Assembly: GCA_963700285.1 (NCBI GenBank)
Contig: CAVOXA010000010.1
Span: 1,408,001-1,472,000 of the forward strand
Source of the DNA: an uncultured Chloroflexia bacterium
GTDB lineage: Bacteria > Chloroflexota > Anaerolineae > JAAYZQ01
Direction of reading: 5' to 3'
Length of the DNA stretch: 64,000 nt
Under the pieces are notes generated by a model, which saw only the letters and a program-made list of their open reading frames with translations, was not told where the DNA came from and ran no database searches. This document shows positions 8,490-18,466 of the stretch, piece by piece; the first letter of the stretch is position 1; every line of letters starts with the position of its first letter. The translations under genes and the position numbers were made by a program.

Positions 8490-9650
8490 ATGACCAAGAA
8501 CGTGGCAATCGTGGGCATCGGCTACACCAGCTTCCGCCCCCTGACACCCGAGGTCTCGTACAAAGAGCTGATGTTCGAAGCAGCGGTCAAGGCCTACGAA
8601 GACGCGGGCGTGGATCCCCGCCGCGACGTGGACAGCTTTGTCACGGTCGCCGAGGACTTTATCGAGGGGACCAGCATCTTTGACGAGTACGTGCCCGACC
8701 AACTCGGCGGGCTGCTCAAGCCCAACGTCACCATCCCCGGCGAGGCGATCCACGGCCTGGCGACGGCCTATATGCAGATCGCCAGCGGCCTGTTCGACAT
8801 CGTGGCCGTGGAGGCCCACAGCAAGGCATCCAACGTGCTGACCCTGCCCTACATCACGGCCTACGCCATGGACCCCGTCCTCAACCGCCCCCTGGGCGCC
8901 AACCCGGTGTTTATCGCCGGCATGGAGATGAACCGCTACCTGTGGGCCACCGGCGCCACCCGCGAGCAGTGCGCCCAGGTGGTGGTCAAGAACAAACGCA
9001 ACGCCCTCTACAATCCCACTGGCCGCCTACGGCGCCAAGCATTGAAGCTCAGGACGTGCTCCTGGACGACGAGATGGTCTCCTATCCCCTGAGCGAGCAG
9101 GACATCAGCGCCCACGCCGACGGGGCCATCGTCCTCGTGCTGGCCGCAGCGGATGTGGCCGAGAGCGCTTGACCGACGATGCCCATCTGGATCCGGGGCA
9201 TTGGCTGGTGCAACGACGCGCCAAGCCTGGAGACGCGCGCCTGGGGCCGGGCCATCTATGCCGAAGGGGCAGGCAAGATGGCCTACAAGATGGCCGGCAT
9301 CCGCAACCCGATGGAAGAGATCGACTTTGCCGAGATCGACGACGGCTACTCGTACAAGGAACTGCAGCACCTGGAGGCGCTGGGCTTCTGCCAGTTTGGC
9401 GAGGCGGGCCATCTGACCGCCGAGGGGGTCACCGACGTGGGCGGCTATCTGCCGGTCAATGTCTCGGGCGGCAGCCTGGGCGGCGGCCACCTGCTGGACG
9501 CCTCGGGCCTGCGGGCCGTGGCCGAGGTGGTGCTACAACTGCGCGGCGAGGCGGGCGCGCTGCCAACTGCCCGATGTGGAGACCGGACTGGCCTTTGGCT
9601 GGCGCGGCGTGCCGACCACCAGCGGCGCGGCCGTGGTCCTGAGCAACTGA
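8490..9650 (+). CDS. Thiolase-domain protein, Ltp4-like (frameshifts near 9030-9170 and 9560)
   Basis: VAIVGIG, VVVKNKRNA, DGAIVLVL, LPVNVSGGSLG across frames; GGAGG RBS. Confidence 0.85.
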
Positions 9651-9661
9651 GGAGGCGAACC

Positions 9662-10853
9662 ATGGGAATGCCGAATGTCCATCGAAGCCTCAAGCGACGC
9701 GTCGCCGTTGTCGGGGCCGGCATGACCAAGTTCGTCCGCCGCGCCCAGGAGACAGGCAAGGAACTGTCCTTCGAGGCCGCCAAGATGGCCCTCGACACCT
9801 GCGACCTGACCCTGGACCAGGTGGACTGCGTGGTCCACGGCACCGCCCCCGACGCGTTCGACGGCGTGCACATGAAGGGCGAGTACCTGGCCGACGGCTC
9901 GGGCGCCTGGCGCAAGCCGTACACGCGCTGCTACGTGGGCGGCGGGACCGGCGTGTTTGCGCCCATCCACGGCTGGTACCACGTGGCCTCGGGCCTGTTC
10001 GACATCTGCCTGGTCGTCTGCGAGGAAAAGATGTCGTCCTGCCAGCCCCATCCCCAGGGCGCTTTTCTGACCATCTTTGACCACACCACCGAGCGCCCAC
10101 TGGAGCCCAATCTGCTGTGGATCTTTGCCATGGAGATGAATCGCTACATGAACACCTATGGGCTCAAGAAGGAGGACATTGCCCTCGTTTCGGTCAAGAA
10201 CAAGCGCAACGCCGCCGACCACCCCTGCAGCCTGCTGGGCGACGCGGACATCACCGTGGAGGACGTGCTCAACTCCGAGGTGCTGGCCTGGCCTGTGCAG
10301 CGTCTGGACGTGAGCCCGGTCACGGACGGCGCGGTGGCGCTGGTCCTGGCCGCCGAGCACGTGGCGCAGCGCATCACCGACAAGCCGGTGTGGATCGAGG
10401 GCGTGGGCTGGAACCTGGACACCACCTACTGGACCAACCGCGACCTGTGCTATCCGCGCTACGTGGAGAATGCGGCGCGCATGGCCTACGACATGGCCGG
10501 CATCACCGAGCCGCGCAAGCAGATCCACATCGCCGAGCCCTACGACCCCTTTGACTACAAGGAACTGCACCATCTGGAGGGGCTGCTGCTCTTTGACCGG
10601 GGCAAGGCGCCCGAAGCGACGGCCCTGGGCATCACCCAGCGGGACGGCGATCTGCCGGTCTGCCCCAGCGGCGGGCTGCTGGGCGTGGGCAATCCCATCG
10701 CCGCTGCGGGATTGATGAAGGTGGCCGAGCTGTTCTGGCAACTCCGCGGAGAGGCGGGCGCGCGCCAGGTGCCCGGCCAGCCGCAAGCGGGGCGTGGCCC
10801 AGGCCTGGGGCGACCTGATGCAGGTCGGCACCGTCGTCGTGATGGGCGTGTAG
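9662..10853 (+). CDS. Thiolase-domain protein, Ltp3-like (frameshift near 10785)
   Basis: VAVVGAGMTKF, GTAPDAFDG, EPYDPF, PSGGLLGVGNPIAAAG. Confidence 0.88.
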
Positions 10854-10865
10854 GAGGAGAGAACC

Positions 10866-11372
10866 ATGACGGCCAAGATCGACGAGTTCCGTGGCATCTA
10901 CCTGAAGGAATCGGATTTTCGCGAGAAGAAGGTCCTGTTCACCGAATGGAACCCCAACGCCCAGTACGCCTGGGACGCGGGTGTGGCCATCGGCCGTTAC
11001 CTGGCCGAGACTGAAGGCAGGCGAGCTGATCGGCGTCCGCTGCAACAAGTGCCACCGCACTGTGATCCCGCCGCGCAGCTTTTGCGAGTGGTGCTTCCGC
11101 CCCATGGACGATTGGGTCCCCTGCCGGACACCGGCACGGTCAACACCTTCTCTCTGTGCTATGTCACCTGGGACATGCGGTATCTGACCGATCCCGAGAT
11201 CCCGGCTGTGATCGACATCGACGGCACTCGACCCGCGGTGGGCATCATGCACATGCTGGGCGAGGTGGAGCCCGACGAGGTCAAGATTGGCATGAAGGTG
11301 CAGGCGGTGTGGAAGCCGGCCGAGGAGCGCGAGGGCTCGATCCTGGACATCAAGTACTTTAAGCCGCTGTAA
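10866..11372 (+). CDS. Zn-ribbon/OB-fold DUF35 protein (frameshifted)
   Basis: CNKC...PPRSFCEWC; VKIGMKVQAVW; GSILDIKYF. Confidence 0.85.
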   Translation: MTAKIDEFRGIYLKESDFREKKVLFTEWNPNAQYAWDAGVAIGRYLAETEGRRADRRPLQQVPPHCDPAAQLLRVVLPPHGRLGPLPDTGTVNTFSLCYVTWDMRYLTDPEIPAVIDIDGTRPAVGIMHMLGEVEPDEVKIGMKVQAVWKPAEEREGSILDIKYFKPL

Positions 11373-11407
11373 GCATGGCTCGCTGGGCTGGTGGTAGGGA
11401 GGACATT

Positions 11408-11888
11408 ATGGCCATACTGGAAAAGGTGGACAAACTTCACCAGGCCGTCGCCTGGCGAGGGGATATGCCGATTACAAGCCGCTATACGGCCGGCATTGCC
11501 GGCGAGCGGTTCTTCCGCGAGATCAAGGATGACGCCCGCTTTCTCGGGCACGCGCTGTGAGACATGCGATCTGATCTACGTGCCGGCGACGATGTTCTGC
11601 GAACGTTGTTTCGCCGAGCTGGAGAGTGGGTGCGAAGTGCCCAGCCGGGGGACCGTATTCACCTACACGGTGCTGTTCCGCGACCTGGACGACAAGCCCC
11701 TTGACCCGCCACAGATCCTGGCCTACGTCAAACTGGATGGCGCCAATGGCGGGCTGGTGCATTATCTGGGTGCGGTAGAGCCGGATGCGGTGCACATCGG
11801 TATGCAGGTGGAGGCGGTGTTCAAGGACGTCGCTGAAAGAGAGGGCTCAATCTTGGACATCCTTTACTTCCGGCCGGTGGAGGATTGA
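11408..11888 (+). CDS. Second Zn-ribbon/OB-fold DUF35 protein (frameshifted)
   Basis: CETC...FCERC; VHIGMQVEAVF; GSILDILYF. Confidence 0.85.
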
Positions 11889-11939
11889 CCCGCCGCTGCT
11901 CGCATTCCCTCTGTGTCCTGGCAAAGGAGGCATCACGCG

Positions 11940-13085
11940 ATGGAGTTCGAACTGAATGAAGAGCAGCGCATGGTGCGCAGCATGGTCCGCGACCTGTCGC
12001 AGAACGAGATTGCCCCCCGGGCCGCGCAGGTGGACACGACCGAGGCGTTTCCAGCAGAGAACATCGAGCGGATGGCGCAGTTGGGGCTGATGGGCCTTCC
12101 CTACCCCGAGGCATACGGGGGTGGAGGCGGTGACTATCTCAGCTATGCCATCGCCGTGGAGGAGATTGCACGCGCCTGCGGGTCCACGGCGCTCATCTAC
12201 GCTGCACACATCTCGTTAGGATGCGGGCCGATCTACGCCTTTGGCACCGAGAAGCAAAAGCAGGAATGGCTACCGCGCCTGTGCAGCGGACAGGGCCTGG
12301 CCGCCTTTGGCTTGACCGAACCGGAGGCCGGATCGGACGCTGGCGCCACTCGAACCACGGCTGTTCGCGATGGCGACGGCTATGTCCTGAATGGCAGCAA
12401 GATGTGGATTACCTCCGGCGCCCTGGCCGACGTCGTTACCTGCACGGCCAAGACCGATCCGACAGCCGGGACGAAGGGCATCTCCTGCTTCCTCGTGGAG
12501 AAGGGCGTACCTGGATTCATCCCCGGGAAGAACGAACCCAAGATGGGACTCAAAGGTTCTGTAACGTCGGCTCTTGCCCTCGAAAACTGCCGGGTGCCGG
12601 CTTCGAACCTGCTGGGCGACGAGGGCGAGGGTTTCCGCCAAATGCTCATCACCCTGGATAGCGGCCGGATCAGCATCGGTGCCATGGCCTTGGGCCTGGC
12701 CCAGGCCGCCCTGGACGAAGCCACCCGATATGCCAAACAGCGGGTGCAGTTCGGCCAGCCCATCGCCAAATTCCAGGCCATTCAATGGATGGTCGCCGAC
12801 ATGGCCACAGAGATCGACGCTGCCCGGCTGATGGTGTATCGGGCAGCCGCCACGAAGGATGCGGGAGTGCGGTTCACCAAAGAAGCGGCGATGGCCAAGC
12901 TGTATGCGTCGGAGGTCGCCGAGCGAGCGGCCTTCAAGGCCGTACAGATCCATGGGGGCTATGGCTATAGCCGCGAGTACCCGGTCGAGCGCATCTACCG
13001 CGACCAGCGTCTGTGTGCAATCGGCGAGGGGACCAGCGAGATCCAGCGACTGGTCATTGCCCGGCAGATCCTGGGCAAGCTCTAG
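11940..13085 (+). CDS. Acyl-CoA dehydrogenase
   Basis: FGLTEPEAGSD, GSKMWIT, RVQFGQPI, QIHGGYGY, IGEGTSEIQR. Confidence 0.95.
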   Translation: MEFELNEEQRMVRSMVRDLSQNEIAPRAAQVDTTEAFPAENIERMAQLGLMGLPYPEAYGGGGGDYLSYAIAVEEIARACGSTALIYAAHISLGCGPIYAFGTEKQKQEWLPRLCSGQGLAAFGLTEPEAGSDAGATRTTAVRDGDGYVLNGSKMWITSGALADVVTCTAKTDPTAGTKGISCFLVEKGVPGFIPGKNEPKMGLKGSVTSALALENCRVPASNLLGDEGEGFRQMLITLDSGRISIGAMALGLAQAALDEATRYAKQRVQFGQPIAKFQAIQWMVADMATEIDAARLMVYRAAATKDAGVRFTKEAAMAKLYASEVAERAAFKAVQIHGGYGYSREYPVERIYRDQRLCAIGEGTSEIQRLVIARQILGKL

Positions 13086-13102
13086 AGATCCGGCTGAACT
13101 TT

Positions 13103-13152
13103 AACCTCTCTCAGGTGGCCGGCTGTCCGCAGCCGTCCACCTGCGGGAGGTT
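13103..13152. repeat. REP pair of the ACCT...AGGT family, probably also terminator
   Basis: AACCTCTCTCAGGTGG ... CCACCTGCGGGAGGTT followed by TTCTTT. Confidence 0.65.
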
Positions 13153-13192
13153 TTCTTTGTGATCCTCGCTCTGACAAGCCCTACCCACAAAC

Positions 13193-13241
13193 TTGACACC
13201 TTCACGTCCGACTCCCATAATGAAATATAGAACATATGTTT
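13193..13241 (+). promoter_or_regulatory. Promoter TTGACA-N17-CATAAT followed by LexA-like box GAACATATGTTT (13230-13241)
   Basis: Read directly; box lies between -10 and GGAGG RBS. Confidence 0.65.
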
Positions 13242-13255
13242 CGGAGGCCCGCCCG

Positions 13256-15784
13256 ATGAGCGAGAGCAAGAACCGGTTCCTGGAAGCCGCGCTGGGCTAT
13301 GCCGGCCTGGGCTGGCCCGTCTTTCCCCTGTCACCGGGGACCAAGGTGCCGCTCAAGGGCACCCGCGGCTTTGAGGACGCGACCACCGACCCGGACCAGA
13401 TCCGCCGCTGGTGGGCGCGCTGGCCGGCGGCCAACATCGGCCTGCCTCCCGGCGCCGCGGGCATGGTGGCCATCGACCTGGACGCCAAGGGGGATGTCGA
13501 CGGGGGCAAGAACTGGCACGAACTCAGGGCCCGATACGGCATCGACGACACCACCCTCACCAGCCGGACGCCATCCTTCGACTCCGCCCCTGGACCTGCT
13601 CCGGGCGCGCCTCAGGACAGCTCCCACGCCTCCTCCCAGGACTGACCCGGGGGCCTGCCCCCGAGAGTGGTAACCGGGGGACAGCACCTTTTCTTCAGGC
13701 TGCCCGCCGGCGCGAACCTGTGCATTTCCAACCGGAGGCTGGGGCCGGGGATAGACGTGCGCGGGCACAAGGGCTACGTCGTCCTGCCGCCCTCAGAGGT
13801 CCGCGGCGGCGACCACCCGGGCGTCTATCGCTGGGAGCCGGGCGCCGGTCCCCGGGAGCGGCCGCCGGCCCTGGCACCGCCGCCGCTGCTCAGGCTGCTG
13901 GCCGGCAACGAGCCGGGCGCCGGTGAGGATCGCGCCGTACAAGCCCGCGGACCTGACTCCGCACCCGCCCAGACGGCAGCCCCCCGGCCACGGCTGCAGG
14001 ACCTGCCTACGGCCAGGCGGCCCTGCGTTCAGAGCTGAAAGCGCTGGCCGCGACCGCCCAGGGCGAACGCAACGAGCGGCTCAACCAGGCCGCGTTCTCC
14101 CTGGGCCAGCTCGTGCCCGGCGGCTGCCTGGACCGGGGCTCCGTAGAGGCGGCGCTGGCGCAGGCCGCGCGCCAGATGGGGCTGGGGGAACGGGAGGCGC
14201 GGGCCACCATCAAGAGCGGCCTGGACGCCGGAGCCCAAGAGCCCCGCGCCACCCCAATAGCCCGCGCTCCCATCCCCGACCCCGGAGTACGGCCGCCCCC
14301 CACCGTGCTCCGGGGCCCTCCTCTCCCCTGCGCTCCGCGCCCAACCCCTGTCGACGAGCCGGAATGCCCGCCCCTGCCGCCCCCGGCCCACCTGCCGCCC
14401 GGCTTGGGACAGGAGGCCTGCCGCTGGCTGGATGCTTATATCGCCTTCAGCCAGAAGTGGAGCCCGCGCAGCTTTGCGGGCTATCACGAGGCCTGCGGCC
14501 TGTGGCTGCTGTCGACCATCGCCGCCCGGCGTGTGCTGACCCACTTTGGGCGGCCGCGCTATACCAACCTGTACATCATCCTGGCCGGCCGGACGACGAT
14601 GCACGCCAAGTCCAGCGCCACCGGCATCGCCCGGGACCTGCTGGCCGCCTGCGGGTTGGATTACCTGCTGGCCGCCGACGAGGCCACGCCCCAGAGCTTT
14701 CTGCGGGCGCTGGCCGGGGCCGACCTGCCGCCCGACTTTGACGTTCTGACCGGCGACGAGCAGATCGTGGCCCGCATGCGGCTCGGCTTTTGCGGGCAGC
14801 GGGGCTGGTACGCCGAGGAGTTTGGCTCCTGGCTGGCCTCCATGGTCCGCACCGACGGGGTGATGGCCGACTTTCGTGGAATCATGCGAAAGCTGGACGA
14901 CTGCCCGCTCCGACTATACCCGGACGACCATCGCCCGGGGGAGGGAGCAGGTGGACCGCCCCTACCTGGCCCAGATCGGAAACCTGACGCCGGCTGACCT
15001 GCGACCCCTGGCCCGCAAGGGTGCCCAGCTCTGGGGCGATGGTTTTCTGGCGCGTTTCGCTTTTGTGACCCCGCCCCACGACGAGGTGCTGACGGCCCGC
15101 TTCCCGCCGGGCGCGCGGACCATTCCTAAAGAGCTGACCGCGCCCCTGGTCCAGTGGCACCAGCGGCTGGGACTGCCCCAGGTGACGGTGGAGGATCGCC
15201 ATGATCCTGCCGGATGGCCGCCCGGCCAACCGGGCGGCAGCCCCACCGGGGAAAAGCTCGTGACCATCGGCGCGCCGGAGGCCCAGACCTGCGAGCTGGG
15301 CGATGGCGTCGTGGATGCCCTGTACCGCTACAACGAGGCGCTGCTGGAGATCGCCCAGGACAGCGAGATGACCGACCTGGACGGAAACTATGGCCGGCTG
15401 CACGAAAAGGCGCTGCGGGTGGCGTCCCTGCTGGCCAGTCTGGAGAACGAGGGCCGCATCGATCTGCGGCACTGGGCGCGGGCCCAGGAGATCGCCGAAC
15501 GCTGGCGGCTGTACACCCACCGGCTCTACAACCAGGTAACGCAGCCGGAGGCCTCGGCGGCGGCCGAGATCGAGGACAAGATCCTGGACGTGGTGGGACG
15601 CTGGCAGGGGACGGCCAAGTATGCCGGCGGATTGACAGCCAACGAGATCTCTCGCTTTCTGCGAGGACTGGGCCGAGCGGAGATCAAGTTCTACGCCGAC
15701 CAGCTTGCGGCCACTGGCGTGCTTGACCGGCAGCCGGTGAAGGGCAAGCGCACCGAAAGGTACGCCATGCCCTCGCCAGATTAG
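13256..15784 (+). CDS. Bifunctional DNA primase/polymerase (Prim-Pol) + PriCT-like + DUF3987-like replication protein, interrupted
   Basis: GWPVFPL..GTKVP, ATTD..QIRRWW, ANIG, IDLD, GGQHLFF, GIDVRG..GYVVLPPS; GERNERLNQAAF; YTNLYIILAG...KSSA, GFLARF; C-terminal wHTH; in-frame TGA at 13643 plus frameshifts. Confidence 0.8.
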
Positions 15785-15795
15785 ACATAAGCGTG

Positions 15796-15926
15796 GTAGA
15801 CAGTAGACATCGTAGATCAGTAGACAGACTATCTATCTGTCTACCCATGTCGCCTATGCAGGAAAGAGATTGAATAGTAGACAAAATCGGGGGGTTGTGC
15901 CCTTGTCTACCCGTCTACTTGTCTAC
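15796..15926. repeat. GTAGAC/GTCTAC iteron-like array, putative replication origin
   Basis: GTAGAC at 15796, 15803, 15820, 15877 (GTAGAT 15812); GTCTAC at 15839, 15905, 15913, 15921. Confidence 0.7.
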
Positions 15927-15943
15927 TACTCGGAGGTGGTACG

Positions 15944-16168
15944 ATGACCAAGCGAGTGTTGCGCATATCGGCCCGGCGCAAGCCCATCACCTTGCGCCAC
16001 AAGCCCGTGGCGGCTGGCAGCCGGGCCCTGATGCCCTGGGAAGGCGTGCGGGTCAAGATCGAGGATCTGCCGGCCTTCCGCGCCCGCTGGGGGCTGGTGG
16101 TGGTGGGCGGCGACCCGGACCTGGACGGAGAGCCGTGGCGGCCGAAGGTGTGGGTGGTGGAGGTGTGA
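15944..16168 (+). CDS. Small hypothetical protein
   Basis: GGAGGT RBS, 74 aa ORF with host-like codon usage. Confidence 0.6.
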   Translation: MTKRVLRISARRKPITLRHKPVAAGSRALMPWEGVRVKIEDLPAFRARWGLVVVGGDPDLDGEPWRPKVWVVEV

Positions 16169-16169
16169 T

Positions 16170-16207
16170 CTAGACCCTAAGGGTTTTCCGAAACCCTTAG
16201 GGTCTAG
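16170..16207. repeat. Perfect palindrome / REP CTAGACCCTAAGGGTTT-N4-AAACCCTTAGGGTCTAG
   Basis: 17-bp perfect arms. Confidence 0.8.
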
Positions 16208-16226
16208 TGGCTAGTGTAGAGATCGG

Positions 16227-16460
16227 TCATAGACCACCTCGCCCTGGGTCGCGATCTCTTGCAGAAAAAAAAGTCGCCGCGCGAGAGAGATTTCGAGCCG
16301 CTGCTCGCGTGAGCGCAGGGGTATCTCCATCACGATGAGCAGATCCACGTCGCTGTCGGGTCCAGGCCGGCCGCGAGCATAGGAACCGAAAGCGACCGGA
16401 GCAAATACGCTGGTTACGGCCCCAGCAGTACGCGGCTATACGCGACCACGAAGTGTGGTC
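16227..16460 (-). pseudogene. Minimal nucleotidyltransferase (MNT) remnant
   Basis: Manual translation FGSYARGRPGPDSDVDLLIVME; then GDFFLQEIATQGEVVY in another frame. Confidence 0.7.
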
Positions 16461-16512
16461 ATCGTATAACAAATCGTGGTCAATGCCTTGAGCATGATAG
16501 GCTGTGAACTCC

Positions 16513-16563
16513 CACCTTCCAGGAAGCGGCCTTCTGCGAGGACTTGCAGCTTCCTGGAAGGTG
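16513..16563. repeat. REP pair CACCTTCCAGGAAGC / GCTTCCTGGAAGGTG
   Basis: 15-bp perfect inverted arms. Confidence 0.7.
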
Positions 16564-16673
16564 AGACGGTGACTCACTCCCGCTTCAGATACTCCCGGGG
16601 CACATCGGACAAGAAGCGCGAGGCCCGGCCGCGGGAGCAGGTGAGGTAGAGTTCCCACTGGCGCCGCGAAGGT

Positions 16674-17216
16674 CTATCCCTCTACGTCTGAATTAGTCCT
16701 GTCCTGCTGAGGTGAGGCGGGCTCGTCCGCAGGTCCCGCGTAGCCGCTATCGGCTTCGTGGAGCACACTGGCAGCCTCCGGCTGTCGACCATAGTAGAGG
16801 GAACTTGGCAGCAAGCTCGGGCTGGTAGCAGCAGGTTCCTCGGCGCGGAGCGCCGGTACCAGCCGGCCCACCGCTCGGGCCAGCACCACGTTGATGTACT
16901 GGTTGAGGCTTACCCCATCTCCGGCCGCGGCTTCGACCAACTGCCTGTGCAGGGAACGCGGTACCCGGACCACAAACTTGCCGCTGTAGTCGTCGTCGGA
17001 ACGCGGCTCGGGAATGGGGAGATCGTCTTCCAGGGCAACCTCCAGCCACAGTGGCATGGCCTCCTGGATCATGGCCAGGGCTTCCTCGGCCGTGTCCCCC
17101 TGGCTCATGCAGCCGCGCAGTTCCTTGACCTGCACAAACCAGGCATCCTCCGGATCGCGCTGCAGCTCGATGGTGTAGGGCAGGTTCATATAGTATTCTA
17201 GCGTTTTGTGGGCCAC
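16674..17216 (-). CDS. hicB: HicB antitoxin
   Basis: ELRGCMSQGDT.EEA..MIQEA; YSGKFVVRVPRSLH...GVSLNQY. Confidence 0.9.
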   Translation of the reverse strand: MAHKTLEYYMNLPYTIELQRDPEDAWFVQVKELRGCMSQGDTAEEALAMIQEAMPLWLEVALEDDLPIPEPRSDDDYSGKFVVRVPRSLHRQLVEAAAGDGVSLNQYINVVLARAVGRLVPALRAEEPAATSPSLLPSSLYYGRQPEAASVLHEADSGYAGPADEPASPQQDRTNSDVEG

Positions 17217-17255
17217 GGTTCACCTACTCTCCTGTGGTGTGATAGGGTTTGCGGG

Positions 17256-17495
17256 CTATTCTACGCCTGAAAGTTCGTCGATCATGGACAATGCTTCCCT
17301 GACAGCCTTGATGTGCACGTGGGGTGTACGTCGTGCTACGATGATAACGGTTGGCCCTTGGCGGAATGCGTGGTGGCTGCCCCTCACCCGCTTCAGTTCA
17401 AAGCCGTACCATTCCAGCACTTTCGCGAGTTCATCGAACGTTACGCCTCTGGGATTGTTCCGTATCCTGGCGAGCAGCTTCTCCCGTTTGCTCAC
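17256..17495 (-). CDS. hicA: HicA toxin
   Basis: FDELAKVLEWYGF...RGSHH; upstream of hicB. Confidence 0.88.
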   Translation of the reverse strand: MSKREKLLARIRNNPRGVTFDELAKVLEWYGFELKRVRGSHHAFRQGPTVIIVARRTPHVHIKAVREALSMIDELSGVE

Positions 17496-17510
17496 GCTGC
17501 TTCTCCTCTT

Positions 17511-17539
17511 ATAGTACCATATATAGTACTATTCGTCAA
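17511..17539 (-). promoter_or_regulatory. hicAB promoter TTGACG-N17-TACTAT with palindrome ATAGTAC-N8-GTACTAT
   Basis: Read directly; probable autorepression site. Confidence 0.6.
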
Positions 17540-17566
17540 CTTGACAGATGCGCGCGGTCAGGGACG

Positions 17567-17854
17567 TCACGGATGTGCCACGTCGTAGCGAATGACGGAA
17601 GGGCGTTCTTGTTGCCAACTCTGCACGTAGGCGGAGGCCTTGACCTCTATCTTTCTCCCCATATACTCCAGGTCGACGGCGTCCCACTCCAGGCGAGGCG
17701 TGTCGGTGACGCCGAGCGCGGTACCGACCAGGAACTCGGCAAAGAGGGAGCGGTTGACGTTACAGAGCAGGTCAGAGTAGGCCCACGACCAGAAGTCGCC
17801 GAGGGTGAGCGACCCAAGCTGTGAGATTGGTTGGTCTGATGCCAATTTCTTCAT
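17567..17854 (-). pseudogene. Truncated PD-(D/E)XK-like protein
   Basis: FWSWAYSDL..N..R..FAEFLV; DL...G.KIEVKASAY.QSW; ends abruptly. Confidence 0.55.
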
Positions 17855-17956
17855 AGTAGATTCTCCAGAAATTGGGGCTGCAACGGTTTCGAGGGGCACG
17901 AGCCCACTGCGACGGTAGTTCTGGGTGCATTGGTCCTCGCAGATCACGCTGCATTC

Positions 17957-18238
17957 CTATGCTTCGTCGAGCCATTTCTGCAAGCGCTCGGCGAGATTAT
18001 CGATCAGGGCCAGAAAGCGGTCGTCGACGATCCATGGTGCACCTTCTCTATCAACATAGCGAGCGGAAGGCGGTCTTGGTGGCTCGGGTACGTTCTGCTG
18101 CTGGATCCGTCCCTTGGCATAGGAAAACGATTCCCGGCCTGGTTTTTCCAGCCAATGTTCAACAAGAGCAAGTCGCTGGCGCAGAAAGGCACGCTCGGTA
18201 GGTATCACGGTTTTCCCAGTGCTCCGGTTGTGAGCCAA
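17957..18238 (-). CDS. Hypothetical protein or fragment in lower-GC cargo
   Basis: ORF track only; no recognised motif. Confidence 0.3.
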   Translation of the reverse strand: MAHNRSTGKTVIPTERAFLRQRLALVEHWLEKPGRESFSYAKGRIQQQNVPEPPRPPSARYVDREGAPWIVDDRFLALIDNLAERLQKWLDEA

Positions 18239-18466
18239 GATCCTAGCCGCTCCGGATGCTGAAGGCCGGGTAGGCTAGGAAACACTCATGAAAATGGCTC
18301 AGCGCTTACATAGCAGTCCTTGACTAGTGACCTAGGCAGCTTATCGTGGTCCGGCACTCTTGTGTGTAAGAAGCTCTCGATGATCAGGCGTCTACGGAAT
18401 TGGGTTCATCAGCCTTGGAGTCAGACCAGTTCTTGGTAAAGGGCAATTGCCTGTGCGAATCCCAAG

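Noticed and set aside
9179-11014. 611-aa thiolase-thiolase fusion
   Set aside because: Stop at 9650 and RBS/ATG at 9662 exist in the corrected frames
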